Counted from the first letter of the stretch, positions 10,450 to 21,444 are shown. The stretch: 64,000 nt of DNA from Syntrophorhabdaceae bacterium (GCA_963665295.1 OY762209.1:1760001-1824000); one strand, 5' to 3'. Numbers and translations are program-made. Notes: generated by a model from the sequence alone, not told the origin.

Positions 10450-11439
10450 ATGAAAAATATTCTTGAGTATCTTCAAACCATAGGTCTTTACGACAGGCTT
10501 TTTGATTCCGCTCTGGCTGTCGTGTTCTTTATCTTCCTTCACCGGTTGCTTGTAAAGGTTTTTCTCCAGTTCTCCCACGACAAGCAGAGAGAGTTCCTGT
10601 GGCGGAAAGGGGCCATGTACTGCTCCGTATTCGTCCTCGGTTTCCTTCTGTCATTTATCTGGCTTCGCGGTTTCCATGCCTTGAGTACCTACTTCGGCCT
10701 CCTGTCGGCAGGCCTGGCCGTTGCCCTCAAGGACCCCCTCACGAACCTTGCGGGATGGCTGTTTATCATTGCCCGAAAGCCCTTCGAGACGGGGGACAGG
10801 GTGCAGGTCGGGGATTACGCGGGGGACGTGATCGACATCGACATTTTTCAGTTTACCCTGATGGAATCGGGTACCTCCGGGATTGACAAGGACATGCGGA
10901 CGGGAAGGCTCGTAAAGATTTCCAACAGTGCCGTATTTACGGAACCCCAGGTCAATTTCACCAAGGGCTGGTTTGAATACATCTGGAGTATCATTGAGGT
11001 ACATATTACCTTGGAGAGTAACTGGAAGAAGGCCAAAGCCATAGTCGAGGAGATAATCAACGCCGAGGGCATGGATGCGTGCGCAAAGGCCAGGGTGACC
11101 ATGAGCGAGGCATCGGAGACATGCATGGTCCTCGAAATGTCCGTGGAACCCCGGGTCCTCATGGAGGTGGATGAGAAGGGCGTGAAGCTCACGGCCCTTT
11201 ATCTTTGCGACCCCCGCGTCCAGAGGTCATCGACCAGCGAGGTCTGGGAGCGCCTGCTGGACAGGTTTTTGACGGAAGACGACATATCTTTCGCCTATGT
11301 AACGCAGAGAAGCTTCAACAATCTCACTGAAGGAAAACAGGCGACCGGGGCCGGGGCTGCCCGGACTCCCAAGAAGAAGATGGGCGAAAAACCTCCTCAG
11401 CAATCCGGTGGCCCTCTTTTTGAGAACAAGACGACCTGA
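10450..11439 (+). CDS. MscS-family mechanosensitive channel
   Basis: GLLSAGLAVALKD, PFETGDRVQVG, TGRLVKISNS; start uncertain (10444/10450). Confidence 0.85.
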   Translation: MKNILEYLQTIGLYDRLFDSALAVVFFIFLHRLLVKVFLQFSHDKQREFLWRKGAMYCSVFVLGFLLSFIWLRGFHALSTYFGLLSAGLAVALKDPLTNLAGWLFIIARKPFETGDRVQVGDYAGDVIDIDIFQFTLMESGTSGIDKDMRTGRLVKISNSAVFTEPQVNFTKGWFEYIWSIIEVHITLESNWKKAKAIVEEIINAEGMDACAKARVTMSEASETCMVLEMSVEPRVLMEVDEKGVKLTALYLCDPRVQRSSTSEVWERLLDRFLTEDDISFAYVTQRSFNNLTEGKQATGAGAARTPKKKMGEKPPQQSGGPLFENKTT

Positions 11440-11442
11440 TCC

Positions 11443-11910
11443 ATGGGATATTTTGCCGTCATAGGAAAAGTGAAGGGCCTCCCCGTTCTTTGCGCCCTGC
11501 TCGGCGCGTCGCTGCTCATTCCCTGCCCTTTGTGCGCGTTCAAGGCAGCGGATGTGGATAAGCTGATGAAAACAAAGAAATGCCAGTGGTGCGATCTCGG
11601 TAACGCGGACCTTTCGGGGGCAAAGCTCTCCGGCGCGGACCTCTCGGGCTCCAATTTGGCCGGAGCCGTGCTCGCCGGAGCGGACCTCTCGCAAGCCGAC
11701 CTGTCAAGCGCGTACCTGCGTAAGGCAAACCTCTCGGGCGCAAATCTTACGGATGCCTATCTGAACGACGCGAATCTGACAGGGGCCGATATGACGGACG
11801 CCAACCTGTCCGATGCGGAACTTACGGGCGCCATCTGGACGAACGGGGCAAAGTGCGACACGGGTTCGGTGGAAAAGTGCAAGATCCCCAATCTCCTCGG
11901 CTGGGAATGA
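11443..11910 (+). CDS. Secreted pentapeptide-repeat protein
   Basis: Signal peptide, CQWCDL, A(D/N)L(S/T)x repeats. Confidence 0.9.
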   Translation: MGYFAVIGKVKGLPVLCALLGASLLIPCPLCAFKAADVDKLMKTKKCQWCDLGNADLSGAKLSGADLSGSNLAGAVLAGADLSQADLSSAYLRKANLSGANLTDAYLNDANLTGADMTDANLSDAELTGAIWTNGAKCDTGSVEKCKIPNLLGWE

Positions 11911-11929
11911 CTCCGGGTTCCGGTGGGCC

Positions 11930-12223
11930 TTACTTTACGGGTATCACGTCACGGCATTCGGTAAGGCAGCGGGAGTACTCCCCTATCTCCAGTTCAACCT
12001 CGTCCTGATATTTCGTTTTGTTCAGCGTTCCGGCGTATTCTTCAGAGAGTTTTGCCATCTTCTCCGAATGACGGGCAAGGCACTGCTGCTGGCATTGAGG
12101 TGCGTCACCCCTCTTTACCTTCCCGCGAGCCGCCGAGGGTGAAAGGGTGAGAAAAAAGAAGGCCGATACGAGGAGAATAATCATTATTGCGACACAACGT
12201 GATGTTTTCATTGAATACCCCAT
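11930..12223 (-). CDS. Small secreted Cys-containing hypothetical protein
   Basis: Signal peptide; CQQQC...CLTEC. Confidence 0.55.
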   Translation of the reverse strand: MGYSMKTSRCVAIMIILLVSAFFFLTLSPSAARGKVKRGDAPQCQQQCLARHSEKMAKLSEEYAGTLNKTKYQDEVELEIGEYSRCLTECRDVIPVK

Positions 12224-12380
12224 CCTTTCTCCAATTTTAGAAGAACCTGCGTAAAGATGGTATCAAAATATTTGTGGGCCCCATAAAGATAATATAAGGA
12301 CGGACCGGGGGATTTTCTCGTGCGGCGGACGCCGGGACGGACGTTTTCCCGCCGCCGTGGGGCGCGACCTGCAAAAACGA

Positions 12381-12409
12381 TTGACAGCCCTGGAACTTTT
12401 GATTAGATT
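12381..12409 (+). promoter_or_regulatory. Sigma70 promoter of the gap operon
   Basis: TTGACA-17 nt-TAGATT. Confidence 0.6.
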
Positions 12410-12459
12410 AGTACTATCACAAAAAATTCAGTGCTACAAAAATCAAGGAGGAGGTTTCC

Positions 12460-13455
12460 ATGTCTATCAGAGTCGGCATCAACGGATTTGGCAGAATAGG
12501 GCGGCTGGTCTTCAGGGCGGGCTTCAGGAACAAAGATGTGGAATTCGTTGCAGCGAACGACCTCACGGACGCAAAGACACTTGGACACCTCTTGAAATAC
12601 GATTCGGTCCACGGGATTCTCGACGCGGAGGTCAAGACGACGGAGAATTCGATCATCGTGGACGGGAAAGAGATGAAAACGCTGTCGGTGAGAGACCCGG
12701 CCACGTTGCCCTGGAAAGACCTGGACATAGATGTGGCCCTTGACTCAACCGGGCGGTTTACGGACAGGGAAGGGGCTGAGAAGCACATCACGGCGGGAGC
12801 GAAGAAGGTTGTTATCTCCGCGCCGGCCAAGAATCCTGATGTGACTTTTGTCCTTGGTGTGAACCAGGAGGTTTACGACAAGACGAAGCATCACATTATC
12901 TCCATGGGCTCCTGCACCACGAACGGTCTCGCCCCCATCGTGAAGATCCTTCATAACGAATTCGGCATCGATTATGGTCTCATGACCACGATTCACGCAT
13001 ATACCAACGATCAGGTGATCCAGGACGAGCCCCACAAGGACTTGAGAAGGGCCAGGGCGGCAGGCCTGTCCATGATCCCCACTACGACGGGCGCGGCCAA
13101 GGCCATCGGAGAGATAATCCCCGAGTTGAAAGGAAGACTGGACGGTTTTTCTGTCCGGGTGCCTCTCCCCAACGTATCTCTCGTCGATTTTGTCGCCACC
13201 TTGCAGAGACATGTGACCAAGGAGGAAGTGAACGCAAAACTGGTGCAGTACGCGGAAGGCCCCATGAAGGGCTATCTCTTCTGCAGCAACGAGCCCCTCG
13301 TTTCGAGGGACTACAACCACAACCCCGCCTCCAGCACCGTGGACCTGCCCAATACCATGGCCATCGGCAACACGGTGAAGGTAGTCTCCTGGTATGACAA
13401 TGAGTGGGGTTTTTCGAGCAGAATGGCTGAGCTTCTTACTTTCATCATGAAATGA
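12460..13455 (+). CDS. gap: Glyceraldehyde-3-phosphate dehydrogenase, type I
   Basis: GINGFGRIGR, SCTTN, WYDNEWG. Confidence 0.97.
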   Translation: MSIRVGINGFGRIGRLVFRAGFRNKDVEFVAANDLTDAKTLGHLLKYDSVHGILDAEVKTTENSIIVDGKEMKTLSVRDPATLPWKDLDIDVALDSTGRFTDREGAEKHITAGAKKVVISAPAKNPDVTFVLGVNQEVYDKTKHHIISMGSCTTNGLAPIVKILHNEFGIDYGLMTTIHAYTNDQVIQDEPHKDLRRARAAGLSMIPTTTGAAKAIGEIIPELKGRLDGFSVRVPLPNVSLVDFVATLQRHVTKEEVNAKLVQYAEGPMKGYLFCSNEPLVSRDYNHNPASSTVDLPNTMAIGNTVKVVSWYDNEWGFSSRMAELLTFIMK

Positions 13456-13508
13456 GGGTTTGCAGTCTGAGGCTCCGCTTGTCTTCAATAAATCGATAGG
13501 AGCGAAGC

Positions 13509-14687
13509 ATGAAAAGTATAGACCAGATAGACCTTGGCGGTAAAAAGGTTCTCATCCGTGTTGATTTCAATGTGCCGACGGATGATCAGGGCAACATTAC
13601 GGATGACACGAGAGTAAAGGCACATTTACGGACCATCGATTACGCGGTGGGCAAGGGCGCAAAAGTGATCCTTGCATCCCACATGGGGAGACCCAAGGGG
13701 AAGAAGAACGATAAATACAGCCTGAAACAGGTGGCAGTGCGGTTGGCGGAGCTTTCGGGAAAGAAAGTAACCTTCATCGACGATTGCGTCGGCGAGAAGG
13801 TGGAGAGTGCCGTGGCGGCAATGAAGGACGGCGACGTGATACTCCTCGAGAACCTCAGGTTCTACATCGGCGAGGAAAAGAACGACCCCGAGTTTGCGAA
13901 ACAGCTTGCGGGGCTTTGCGATGTGTATATCGACGATGCCTTTGCCGTTTCCCACAGAGCAGCCGCATCGAACACGGCAATCACGGGCTTTGTGAAGACC
14001 TGCGCTGCAGGCTTCCTGCTCAAAGACGAAATCGAATATTTCAACAAGGCCATGGGTAATCCCGTGAGACCTCTCGCCGCCATCATCGGCGGGGCAAAGG
14101 TCTCGGACAAGATAGGGGTCCTCGAAAAGGTGATCGAGAAGGTTGACACCCTCATTGTCGGCGGGGCAATGGCTTTCACCTTCCTGAAGGCAAAAGGTTA
14201 CGAGATAGGAAAGTCCCGGTGCGAAGAGGACATGCTCGACCTCGCGCGGGGCATCATGGAGAAGGCGAAAGGCCGCAACGTGAAGCTCTGTCTTCCCGTG
14301 GACACGGTAATTGCCGAGCAGCCGGCGGCCGACGCGGTGGTGAAGGTCTGCACCGTGGAAGAGATGCCGAAAGACTGGATGGGCCTCGACATCGGGCCGA
14401 AGACAATCGAGATGTTTTCCGAGGCAGTCAAGGAAGCAAAGACCATCGTCTGGAACGGACCTCTCGGCATGTTCGAGCTCGCGCCCTTCAGCAAGGGCAC
14501 CTTCAGCCTGGTGCACGCGGTAGCGAACTCCGGCGCACTCACCATAGTGGGCGGAGGGGATACGGATACGGCGGTCCATCAGGCCGGTGAAAGCGCGAAG
14601 ATATCTTATATCTCCACCGGCGGCGGCGCATTCCTTGAACTGCTTGAAGGCAAGACCCTGCCCGGAGTAGCCGCTCTGGAAGGATGA
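13509..14687 (+). CDS. pgk: Phosphoglycerate kinase
   Basis: RVDFNVP, SHMGRP, LLENLRF, GGAKVSDK, STGGGA. Confidence 0.97.
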   Translation: MKSIDQIDLGGKKVLIRVDFNVPTDDQGNITDDTRVKAHLRTIDYAVGKGAKVILASHMGRPKGKKNDKYSLKQVAVRLAELSGKKVTFIDDCVGEKVESAVAAMKDGDVILLENLRFYIGEEKNDPEFAKQLAGLCDVYIDDAFAVSHRAAASNTAITGFVKTCAAGFLLKDEIEYFNKAMGNPVRPLAAIIGGAKVSDKIGVLEKVIEKVDTLIVGGAMAFTFLKAKGYEIGKSRCEEDMLDLARGIMEKAKGRNVKLCLPVDTVIAEQPAADAVVKVCTVEEMPKDWMGLDIGPKTIEMFSEAVKEAKTIVWNGPLGMFELAPFSKGTFSLVHAVANSGALTIVGGGDTDTAVHQAGESAKISYISTGGGAFLELLEGKTLPGVAALEG

Positions 14688-14698
14688 GGAGGTAACCC

Positions 14699-15478
14699 GT
14701 GGTAAACTGGAAACCCGTGAGAACGTGGATGGTTGCAGGGAACTGGAAGATGCACAATACGATCCCTGAAGCAGTGGCCCTGGCCGGAGAGCTTAAGAGA
14801 GAGACCATGGCGGTCGAGAGAGGCGAGGTGGTGATCGCGCCTGCTTTTACCGCGCTACGGGCCGTGTACGATGTGATCAAGGTCTCCCGTGTAACCCTCG
14901 CGGCGCAGAATATGTTTTACGAGGAAAAAGGGGCGTACACAGGAGAAATCTCCCCCCTTATGCTCAAAGACGCGGGCTGCACCTATGCGATCATAGGTCA
15001 TTCGGAACGAAGGAAGTATTTCCATGAAACGGATGAGACGGTGAATCTCAAGATAAAGAAGTGCCTGGCCCTCGGCCTCAAGCCGATCCTTTGCGTAGGG
15101 GAAACCCTCGAGGAACGCGAACAGGGAGTGACCGAATTCGTAGTGGGCAATCAGGTGAAGAGAGGGCTTTACGGCGTGAAGGACCTTGGCGACGTGGTCG
15201 TTGCCTACGAGCCCGTATGGGCCATCGGAACAGGCAAGAATGCGCTCCCCATAGAGGCCGAGGAAGTCCACAGGTTCATACGGCAGGTGGTGGGCGTGAC
15301 CTTCGGCGACGCATGCAAAGAATTAAGAATATTATATGGAGGGAGTGTAACTCCTGAGAATATCGCCGATTTAATCGATATGGAAGACATAGACGGCGCA
15401 TTGGTAGGCGGAGCATCCTTGAAAGCCGAGAACTTTCTTGGTATAATAAGAAAAGTCGTGGAGAGAAGAGAATGTTGA
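14699..15478 (+). CDS. tpiA: Triosephosphate isomerase
   Basis: GNWKM, IGHSERR, AYEPVWAIGTG, LVGGASL. Confidence 0.97.
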   Translation: MVNWKPVRTWMVAGNWKMHNTIPEAVALAGELKRETMAVERGEVVIAPAFTALRAVYDVIKVSRVTLAAQNMFYEEKGAYTGEISPLMLKDAGCTYAIIGHSERRKYFHETDETVNLKIKKCLALGLKPILCVGETLEEREQGVTEFVVGNQVKRGLYGVKDLGDVVVAYEPVWAIGTGKNALPIEAEEVHRFIRQVVGVTFGDACKELRILYGGSVTPENIADLIDMEDIDGALVGGASLKAENFLGIIRKVVERREC

Positions 15479-15705
15479 CAGCAATAGGCATAGTTCATGT
15501 GTTGGTTTCGATAGCCCTTATATTCATAGTGCTCCTGCAGACAGGGAGAGGCTCGGAGATCGGGGCGGCTTTTGGCAGCGGTTCGAGCCAGACCCTTTTC
15601 GGAAGTTCGGGCTCGTCGGTCTTCATGACCAAGATGACCACCGCGGCGGTAGTAATTTTTATGGTTACAAGCATGTTGCTTGCATATTTTTATAGCCATA
15701 GGTAG
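15472..15705 (+). CDS. secG: Preprotein translocase SecG
   Basis: VLLQxGRGxxxGAAFG, two TMs, canonical position after tpiA. Confidence 0.93.
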   Translation: MLTAIGIVHVLVSIALIFIVLLQTGRGSEIGAAFGSGSSQTLFGSSGSSVFMTKMTTAAVVIFMVTSMLLAYFYSHR

Positions 15706-15769
15706 TCGTTTTGTGGTAAAAGTTTTCGTCGGACGTTTCCGGCGAGAAGTGATAGAGAAAACGTTTGAT

Positions 15770-15854
15770 GCCGAAGTGGTGGAATTGGCAGACACACCAT
15801 CTTGAGGGGGTGGCGGGGAGACTCGTGCGGGTTCAAATCCCGCCTTCGGCACCA
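15770..15854 (+). tRNA. tRNA-Leu(GAG)
   Basis: GCCGAAG acceptor stem, anticodon loop TTGAGGG, long variable arm, GGTTCAAATC, encoded CCA. Confidence 0.95.
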
Positions 15855-15872
15855 TTAACATTTACGCAGTGC

Positions 15873-15902
15873 AAGGGCTACCGGTAAGGTGGCCCTTTTT
15901 TT
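15873..15902 (+). terminator. Intrinsic terminator after the tRNA
   Basis: AAGGGCTACC-GGTAA-GGTGGCCCTT followed by a T run. Confidence 0.8.
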
Positions 15903-16159
15903 ATGCCTTACCCTTACCCGGGTTGTCGGCAATATTCAATCCCTCCGTGGCCGGTAATTCGATTTGCGTCCGTCAATATGCGTGACTGGCCGCCCCTGCC
16001 CGCTTCACTCCACCTTTGTGAGGGTTGCGGTGATGCTTCCCGGGTGTTTTTCTTCGCGTCGCGGTAAGGCTGGTCCCCACCTTCTTCCGAGGGTAAAACC
16101 TGGGTCCTATTCCCTGTTCGGGGAAACTTCGGGCTGAAAGGGCTCTTTTCTATTTACAC

Positions 16160-18937
16160 ATGTTTTCATTTGACAATAAACTACTGTCAAGGTTGATGAC
16201 CGCCTGGACGACACGGCATCGGGATTGGGAATTACGCGGAGGAGAGGACGGGGTGTTGACGACTTTGGAAGACAATAATCGTCTTGATACGAAGAGGGAA
16301 CTGGTCGCCCTTATTCACGGGGAGGGCTTTGACCTCGACTGGCAGGAAACAGAGGAAGAACCGGATGGGAGTCGGTTTCATGCACAGAAGGATCTGTATG
16401 ACAGATTCCGGGAGCATCCATATAGGGCTGTTTTCCGTCTCGGCTTTACCGGTCTGCCCGTGCCCGTGTCCCCTTCGGTGGGTTTTCTCTCTACCGTGGC
16501 TTCCGCTTTTGTGAAGGCCCTCTCAAAGATACCGGATATAGAGTTTTTGAGGGAAAGGGCCGTTGTTGAGCCGCAAGAAGAGGATATCGAGCATGTCTTG
16601 CGCAGCGCGCCCTATATGAACGGACAGGAGCACCTCGACCGGGAATGGGTCGAAAGGACATGGGACAGGCTGCATGCGGTTTTCAAGGATGAAATAGGGC
16701 ATCACAAAGGGAGCGTGACGGAGTATTTTGCTTCTCTGAACCCCCTTGTGCATGCCGTGGGACGCATATTCTTCCATCTCGTGGAAAGCAGGAAGGAAGA
16801 GTATCCCTTTGCCTTTCTTGCGACCTATTCGTCCGTTGTCTCCGGCAAAGGAAAATCAAAACATCTGCCCCTCAAGAATGCGCTGGTCGAATATAAGGGC
16901 AATAACAAGAAGCTGTTGGAGTTGTTATCCACCGTCAACAAGGCTTCACAGAAAAGCGTCTTTATTGCGGAGCTTATTGAATCCGGGGAGATATTCCATC
17001 CCATAGGCCTTTCAAGTAATGAAGCGTACACCCTTCTCAGGGAAATACCGCTCTATGAAGAAGCGGGCATCCTCTGCCGCATTCCGAACTGGTGGAAAGC
17101 CAAATCAAATTCCCTGAGGCTATCCGTAAAGATCGGCACAAAACCGCCTTCACAACTGGGGTTTGACGCGCTTGTCGATTTTGACGCCCAACTGTCCATC
17201 GGCGATGACAGGGTGACGGTCGCCGAGTTGCAGAAACTCCTGGGGGAAACGGAAGGGCTTGCGTTCATAAAGGGCAAGTGGGTCGAGGTGGACCACGAAA
17301 AGCTGAAAGAAACCCTTAAGGCCTATGAACGGGCAGAGAAGCTTATGGGCAAAACGGACATGACCATGCTCGAAGCCATGCGGTTTCAACTAAACCCGTC
17401 GGAAATGCTGAAAATATCCGGGGATGCGGATGAACTTGAAGTGACAAACGGCGAATGGCTGAATACGGTCGTTTCCAGGCTGACGCACCCTGAGGGGATA
17501 GAGGCGGTTTCAAAGGGGGACGATTTTACGGCCACCCTGAGGACATACCAGGAAAAGGGATTGTCCTGGCTTCATTTTATGAAGACCCTCGGCCTGGGGG
17601 CCTGCCTTGCGGACGATATGGGACTTGGAAAAACGGTTCAGGTTGTCGCCCTCCTCAATTACATAAGGACTCAAAGACGGGAAAAGACGCTTCTCGTTAT
17701 CCCCGCGTCGCTCATAGGAAACTGGGTGAAGGAAATAGCAGGGTTCGCGCCGTCCCTCACGTATTGCGTGTTGCACCCTTCCGAACGCAATGGGGCAGGA
17801 GCGGAAGGGAAAGATCCGACCGGGCGGTACGATGTGTTCATCACGACCTACGGCATGGTTTCGCGATACGGTTGGCTCAAGGAAGTGACCTGGGATACGC
17901 TGGTGCTGGACGAAGCCCAGGCAATAAAAAACCCCGGGACAAAACAGACAAAAGCCGTAAAGCAGTTAAAGGCGGTCTATAAGATTGCAATGACCGGCAC
18001 ACCGATTGAAAACAGGCTTTCGGACCTGTGGTCACTCTTTGATTTCCTGAACAGGGGGCTTCTGGGAAGCCCGAAGGAGTTTACGAAGTTTACCGGGAGG
18101 TTAAAAGAAGACCAGGAGGGTTATTCCCGGCTGAAGAGGGTGGTAAGTCCCTTTGTATTGAGAAGGCTCAAGACGGACAAAGCCGTAATCGCAGACCTGC
18201 CCGAAAAGATAGAAATGAAGACGTTTTCAACACTGACCAAAAAACAGGCGGCCCTCTACAGCGCCCACGTAAAAGAGCTTCAGGTAAAACTGGAGTCCGC
18301 GGAAGACGATATCGGAAGGAAAGGGTTGGTCCTTTCCTCCATTATGAAGTTCAAACAGATATGCAATCATCCTGATCAATATCTCGGACAGTCTCTTTAT
18401 GCAGGCGATGAGAGCGGCAAGTATATAAGGCTTCGCGAGATCTGTGAGACTATCTACGAGAAAAGGGAGAGGGTCCTTGTCTTCACGCAGTTCAAAGAGA
18501 TTACGGAGCCCCTGAAAGAGTTCCTCGAAACCGTCTTTCACCACAAGGGACTCGTGTTGCATGGAGGGACGGCGGTGGCGAAAAGGCGTGAAATCGTCGA
18601 GAAGTTTCAAGGGCAGGAATACGTGCCGTTCCTCGTGCTTTCCATTAAGGCCGGAGGCGTCGGTCTAAATCTTACCTCCGCGAACCATGTGGTCCACTTC
18701 GACCGGTGGTGGAATCCCGCAGTGGAGAATCAGGCGACGGACAGGGCGTTCAGAATCGGTCAGCAGAAGAACGTCGTGGTTCACAAGTTCATTACAAGGG
18801 GCACAATAGAAGAGAAGATAGACCTGATGATCGAGGAAAAGACCAGACTGGCAAAAGACATAATCCCGGACATGCAGGAAAACTGGATTACCGAAATGGA
18901 CAACAGGCAACTCATGGATTTGTTCAGGCTCGAATAA
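16160..18937 (+). CDS. SNF2/SWI2-family ATPase
   Basis: LADDMGLGKT, LDEAQ, TGTPIEN, LVFTQF, GGVGLNLT, WWNPAVENQATDRAFRIGQ; start uncertain. Confidence 0.93.
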   Translation: MFSFDNKLLSRLMTAWTTRHRDWELRGGEDGVLTTLEDNNRLDTKRELVALIHGEGFDLDWQETEEEPDGSRFHAQKDLYDRFREHPYRAVFRLGFTGLPVPVSPSVGFLSTVASAFVKALSKIPDIEFLRERAVVEPQEEDIEHVLRSAPYMNGQEHLDREWVERTWDRLHAVFKDEIGHHKGSVTEYFASLNPLVHAVGRIFFHLVESRKEEYPFAFLATYSSVVSGKGKSKHLPLKNALVEYKGNNKKLLELLSTVNKASQKSVFIAELIESGEIFHPIGLSSNEAYTLLREIPLYEEAGILCRIPNWWKAKSNSLRLSVKIGTKPPSQLGFDALVDFDAQLSIGDDRVTVAELQKLLGETEGLAFIKGKWVEVDHEKLKETLKAYERAEKLMGKTDMTMLEAMRFQLNPSEMLKISGDADELEVTNGEWLNTVVSRLTHPEGIEAVSKGDDFTATLRTYQEKGLSWLHFMKTLGLGACLADDMGLGKTVQVVALLNYIRTQRREKTLLVIPASLIGNWVKEIAGFAPSLTYCVLHPSERNGAGAEGKDPTGRYDVFITTYGMVSRYGWLKEVTWDTLVLDEAQAIKNPGTKQTKAVKQLKAVYKIAMTGTPIENRLSDLWSLFDFLNRGLLGSPKEFTKFTGRLKEDQEGYSRLKRVVSPFVLRRLKTDKAVIADLPEKIEMKTFSTLTKKQAALYSAHVKELQVKLESAEDDIGRKGLVLSSIMKFKQICNHPDQYLGQSLYAGDESGKYIRLREICETIYEKRERVLVFTQFKEITEPLKEFLETVFHHKGLVLHGGTAVAKRREIVEKFQGQEYVPFLVLSIKAGGVGLNLTSANHVVHFDRWWNPAVENQATDRAFRIGQQKNVVVHKFITRGTIEEKIDLMIEEKTRLAKDIIPDMQENWITEMDNRQLMDLFRLE

Positions 18938-19009
18938 AGGTGCATGCCGGAAAAACGAAGGCCGGGTGTCGGGAACAGGATGCCGAAGGCGGAATGTGAG
19001 GCAATAAGG

Positions 19010-19819
19010 ATGTCGCACCACTACGGATTTTTTGAATACGTTACGGTGGCGGAAAAGCAGGCTCGCAACCGGAAAGCGATTGAAAAACTGAGGAAAAAGA
19101 ATCCCCATATTGCGCCTGTAGTAATAAGCGGGAAACGGCTTGCCGCCACATGGTGGGGCAAAGCATGGGGCGATAATCTGGAGAGCTACTCCGATTACGC
19201 AAACCGCATGGGCAGGGGGCGCAGTTATGTCCGGCACGGCGCGATCCTGGACCTTCAGATCACCCCGGCAAAAATAACCGCTCTTGTGCAGGGGAGCGAG
19301 AATAAACCATACGAAATTAACATTGCCATCAAACCGCTCAACAAGGATGCATGGAAGAAGATTGCCGAAGCCTGCGAAGGTAAGATCGAGTCGTTGCAGG
19401 AATTGATGGAAGGCGGGTTCCCGAAGGCCCTCAATGAGTTGTTTACCGCCAAAGGGAAAGGACTTTTCCCGGCGCCCGGGGAAATCACCCTGCAGTGCAG
19501 TTGCCCCGATTACGCAACCATGTGCAAGCATGTGGCGGCAACCCTCTACGGCGTCGGCGCCAGGCTGGACGAGGACCCCGGGCTGTTCTTCGTGCTCCGT
19601 GACGTAAATATGGACGACCTCGTTTCAAAGGCGATTGCGCAAAAGTCGGAGACCCTTCTCAAGAAATCCGGCAGGAGAAGCAGCAGGATCATCGACAGTG
19701 ACGACATCCTGGGTATGTTCGGTATCGAGATGGAGGTTGAAAAACCCGAAATGAAAGAAGGGATAGCAAAGAAAAAGGTTGCGGGCAAAAGGGGGAGGAA
19801 ACCAAAAGACAATACATGA
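19010..19819 (+). CDS. SWIM zinc-finger protein (SNF2 partner)
   Basis: TWWGKAW, RGRSY, CSCPD...CKH. Confidence 0.9.
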   Translation: MSHHYGFFEYVTVAEKQARNRKAIEKLRKKNPHIAPVVISGKRLAATWWGKAWGDNLESYSDYANRMGRGRSYVRHGAILDLQITPAKITALVQGSENKPYEINIAIKPLNKDAWKKIAEACEGKIESLQELMEGGFPKALNELFTAKGKGLFPAPGEITLQCSCPDYATMCKHVAATLYGVGARLDEDPGLFFVLRDVNMDDLVSKAIAQKSETLLKKSGRRSSRIIDSDDILGMFGIEMEVEKPEMKEGIAKKKVAGKRGRKPKDNT

Positions 19820-19954
19820 AGCAGTAGAACACTGCCGGTGAACGATGACGAGGATGACAGGAAATAGAGTTGCTGATTACACACGCCTGTGCGTGAGGTG
19901 TGCGCTTACAGATACAAGAAGAATTACCAAAGGTGCTTCGGAAAACCATATCCG

Positions 19955-19986
19955 GGCACTACCATAGGGGACGTAGTTGACTATCT
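19955..19986 (+). repeat. 32-bp dispersed repeat, copy 1
   Basis: GGCACTACCATAGGGGACGTAGTTGACTATCT; 31/32 identical to 23994-24025. Confidence 0.9.
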
Positions 19987-20193
19987 GATCCCCGAGAACC
20001 AACCGCCCTTTTTGGAGCCAATCCTCAACAACCATTGTTCTCCGTCCCTATTGTTCTCCAGTTTCTTTGCCTACTGCTTCCCAGTATTCACTTTGAATTG
20101 TCTCGCATCTATGCCATAGTGTAATGGTAACCCTGTAACCATGGAATTAAATGGTGTAAATACAATTTTGATGATGTCACCGGAAGGAACCCG

Positions 20194-20865
20194 ATGAACA
20201 AATACAGCATAATCAGGCTTTATCTCAAACGTTCAGAATCGTTCACCGCTAGAGCAATATCTCTTCTCAAACAGGTGCAGCTTGAGGAGGGCTTCGATAA
20301 AGAGGTTGACGATTTTCGGGAGGGGATGTCAGGCGCTGGAGTCCCAGACGAAGTAGTCTCGGATCAGATAATCGACTTTAGTTCTTCCCTTGCTGATGAG
20401 TATCTGGTCCTAACCAACGGCATATACTCCGCCGTTCTTACAAGTATGTACCACCTTTGGGAGCACGATGCCAAGGAGTTGTGTAAATGGATTCCGCGGC
20501 TCCGGGATATCGAAGTGTCGGACGGGGACAGGCCCATCACAGAGCAAGCAATTCAAAGCTACAGATACGAAAAAACAAAGGACTTACTTGTCTTCTTGGG
20601 AGCGCAAGAGTCCATTTTTGATCAGGTCAATCTTCTGAGGCTTGTTGCGAACACCGCCAAGCATGGCGCAGGGCCTTCGGCGACTGAACTGATGAGGGTT
20701 GGTAGGGAGTACTACTGCAAATTGGCTTATTTCAAAGGTTTGGAGATCACCGAAGCTGGGTTAACCTATGGTGACATAGGGGCTCTTGAGGTTGGCGATA
20801 TAGAGTACTTCGCCGGGATTTTAAATGCATTTTGGACCGAACTGGGCGAGCAAATAAGGCTCTGA
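20194..20865 (+). CDS. Hypothetical protein, possible HEPN-like
   Basis: Helical 223 aa; YHLWE...LRLVANTAKHG. Confidence 0.5.
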   Translation: MNKYSIIRLYLKRSESFTARAISLLKQVQLEEGFDKEVDDFREGMSGAGVPDEVVSDQIIDFSSSLADEYLVLTNGIYSAVLTSMYHLWEHDAKELCKWIPRLRDIEVSDGDRPITEQAIQSYRYEKTKDLLVFLGAQESIFDQVNLLRLVANTAKHGAGPSATELMRVGREYYCKLAYFKGLEITEAGLTYGDIGALEVGDIEYFAGILNAFWTELGEQIRL

Positions 20866-20886
20866 AGGCACGGGACGAGAAAAACT

Positions 20887-21444
20887 ATGGCAACCATCAT
20901 CCAAGAAGACAAAGGTCGAAGAAAAAATAGTCGAGAGTTTCTCCAACTCCTGTGCGATCGAACTGCCTCTCCCGCCAGTTTCACGGCAGACTATCGTTAT
21001 TACATGAATATTGACGACGTTTCTGATCCGGACCGGCTGGCGACGATCTTGGGTATCGACGATGGTTTCCTTTCGGACCGTGAAAGGAAAGTACTTTCGT
21101 TTCTCGAGGGCAATAAAAGACGTAGACCCGATACCAGCTATTCGGAATTCAAATGGAAAGTCGTTGCCTTTCTATCCGTGCAGGACATTTTCGACGCACC
21201 TCTTGTATTAGGATCAGACCTTCGGTCCCTCTTCCGCCAGTGGTACTTCTACTACGAAGCCAAATTCCTCTTGGTTGAAACCATCCTTTGCGGCCTGAAT
21301 GGCTCATGGGGACGGCCCTATTGTTCTCCATTTGCGGGATACTCGGCCGCCGTCTATCATTATCAGGCAAAGTGGCTGAATGCTTTTTGGCCAGCGACGG
21401 TCCGCTCAGGGTCCGAATGCATAGGCTATTCCAACAAAGAATAG
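20887..21444 (+). CDS. Hypothetical protein (possibly truncated)
   Basis: 185-aa ORF co-oriented with its neighbours. Confidence 0.45.
   Translation: MATIIQEDKGRRKNSREFLQLLCDRTASPASFTADYRYYMNIDDVSDPDRLATILGIDDGFLSDRERKVLSFLEGNKRRRPDTSYSEFKWKVVAFLSVQDIFDAPLVLGSDLRSLFRQWYFYYEAKFLLVETILCGLNGSWGRPYCSPFAGYSAAVYHYQAKWLNAFWPATVRSGSECIGYSNKE

Noticed and set aside
12404..12423. Rex operator at the gap promoter
   Set aside because: Only one half-site (TCACAA) matches.
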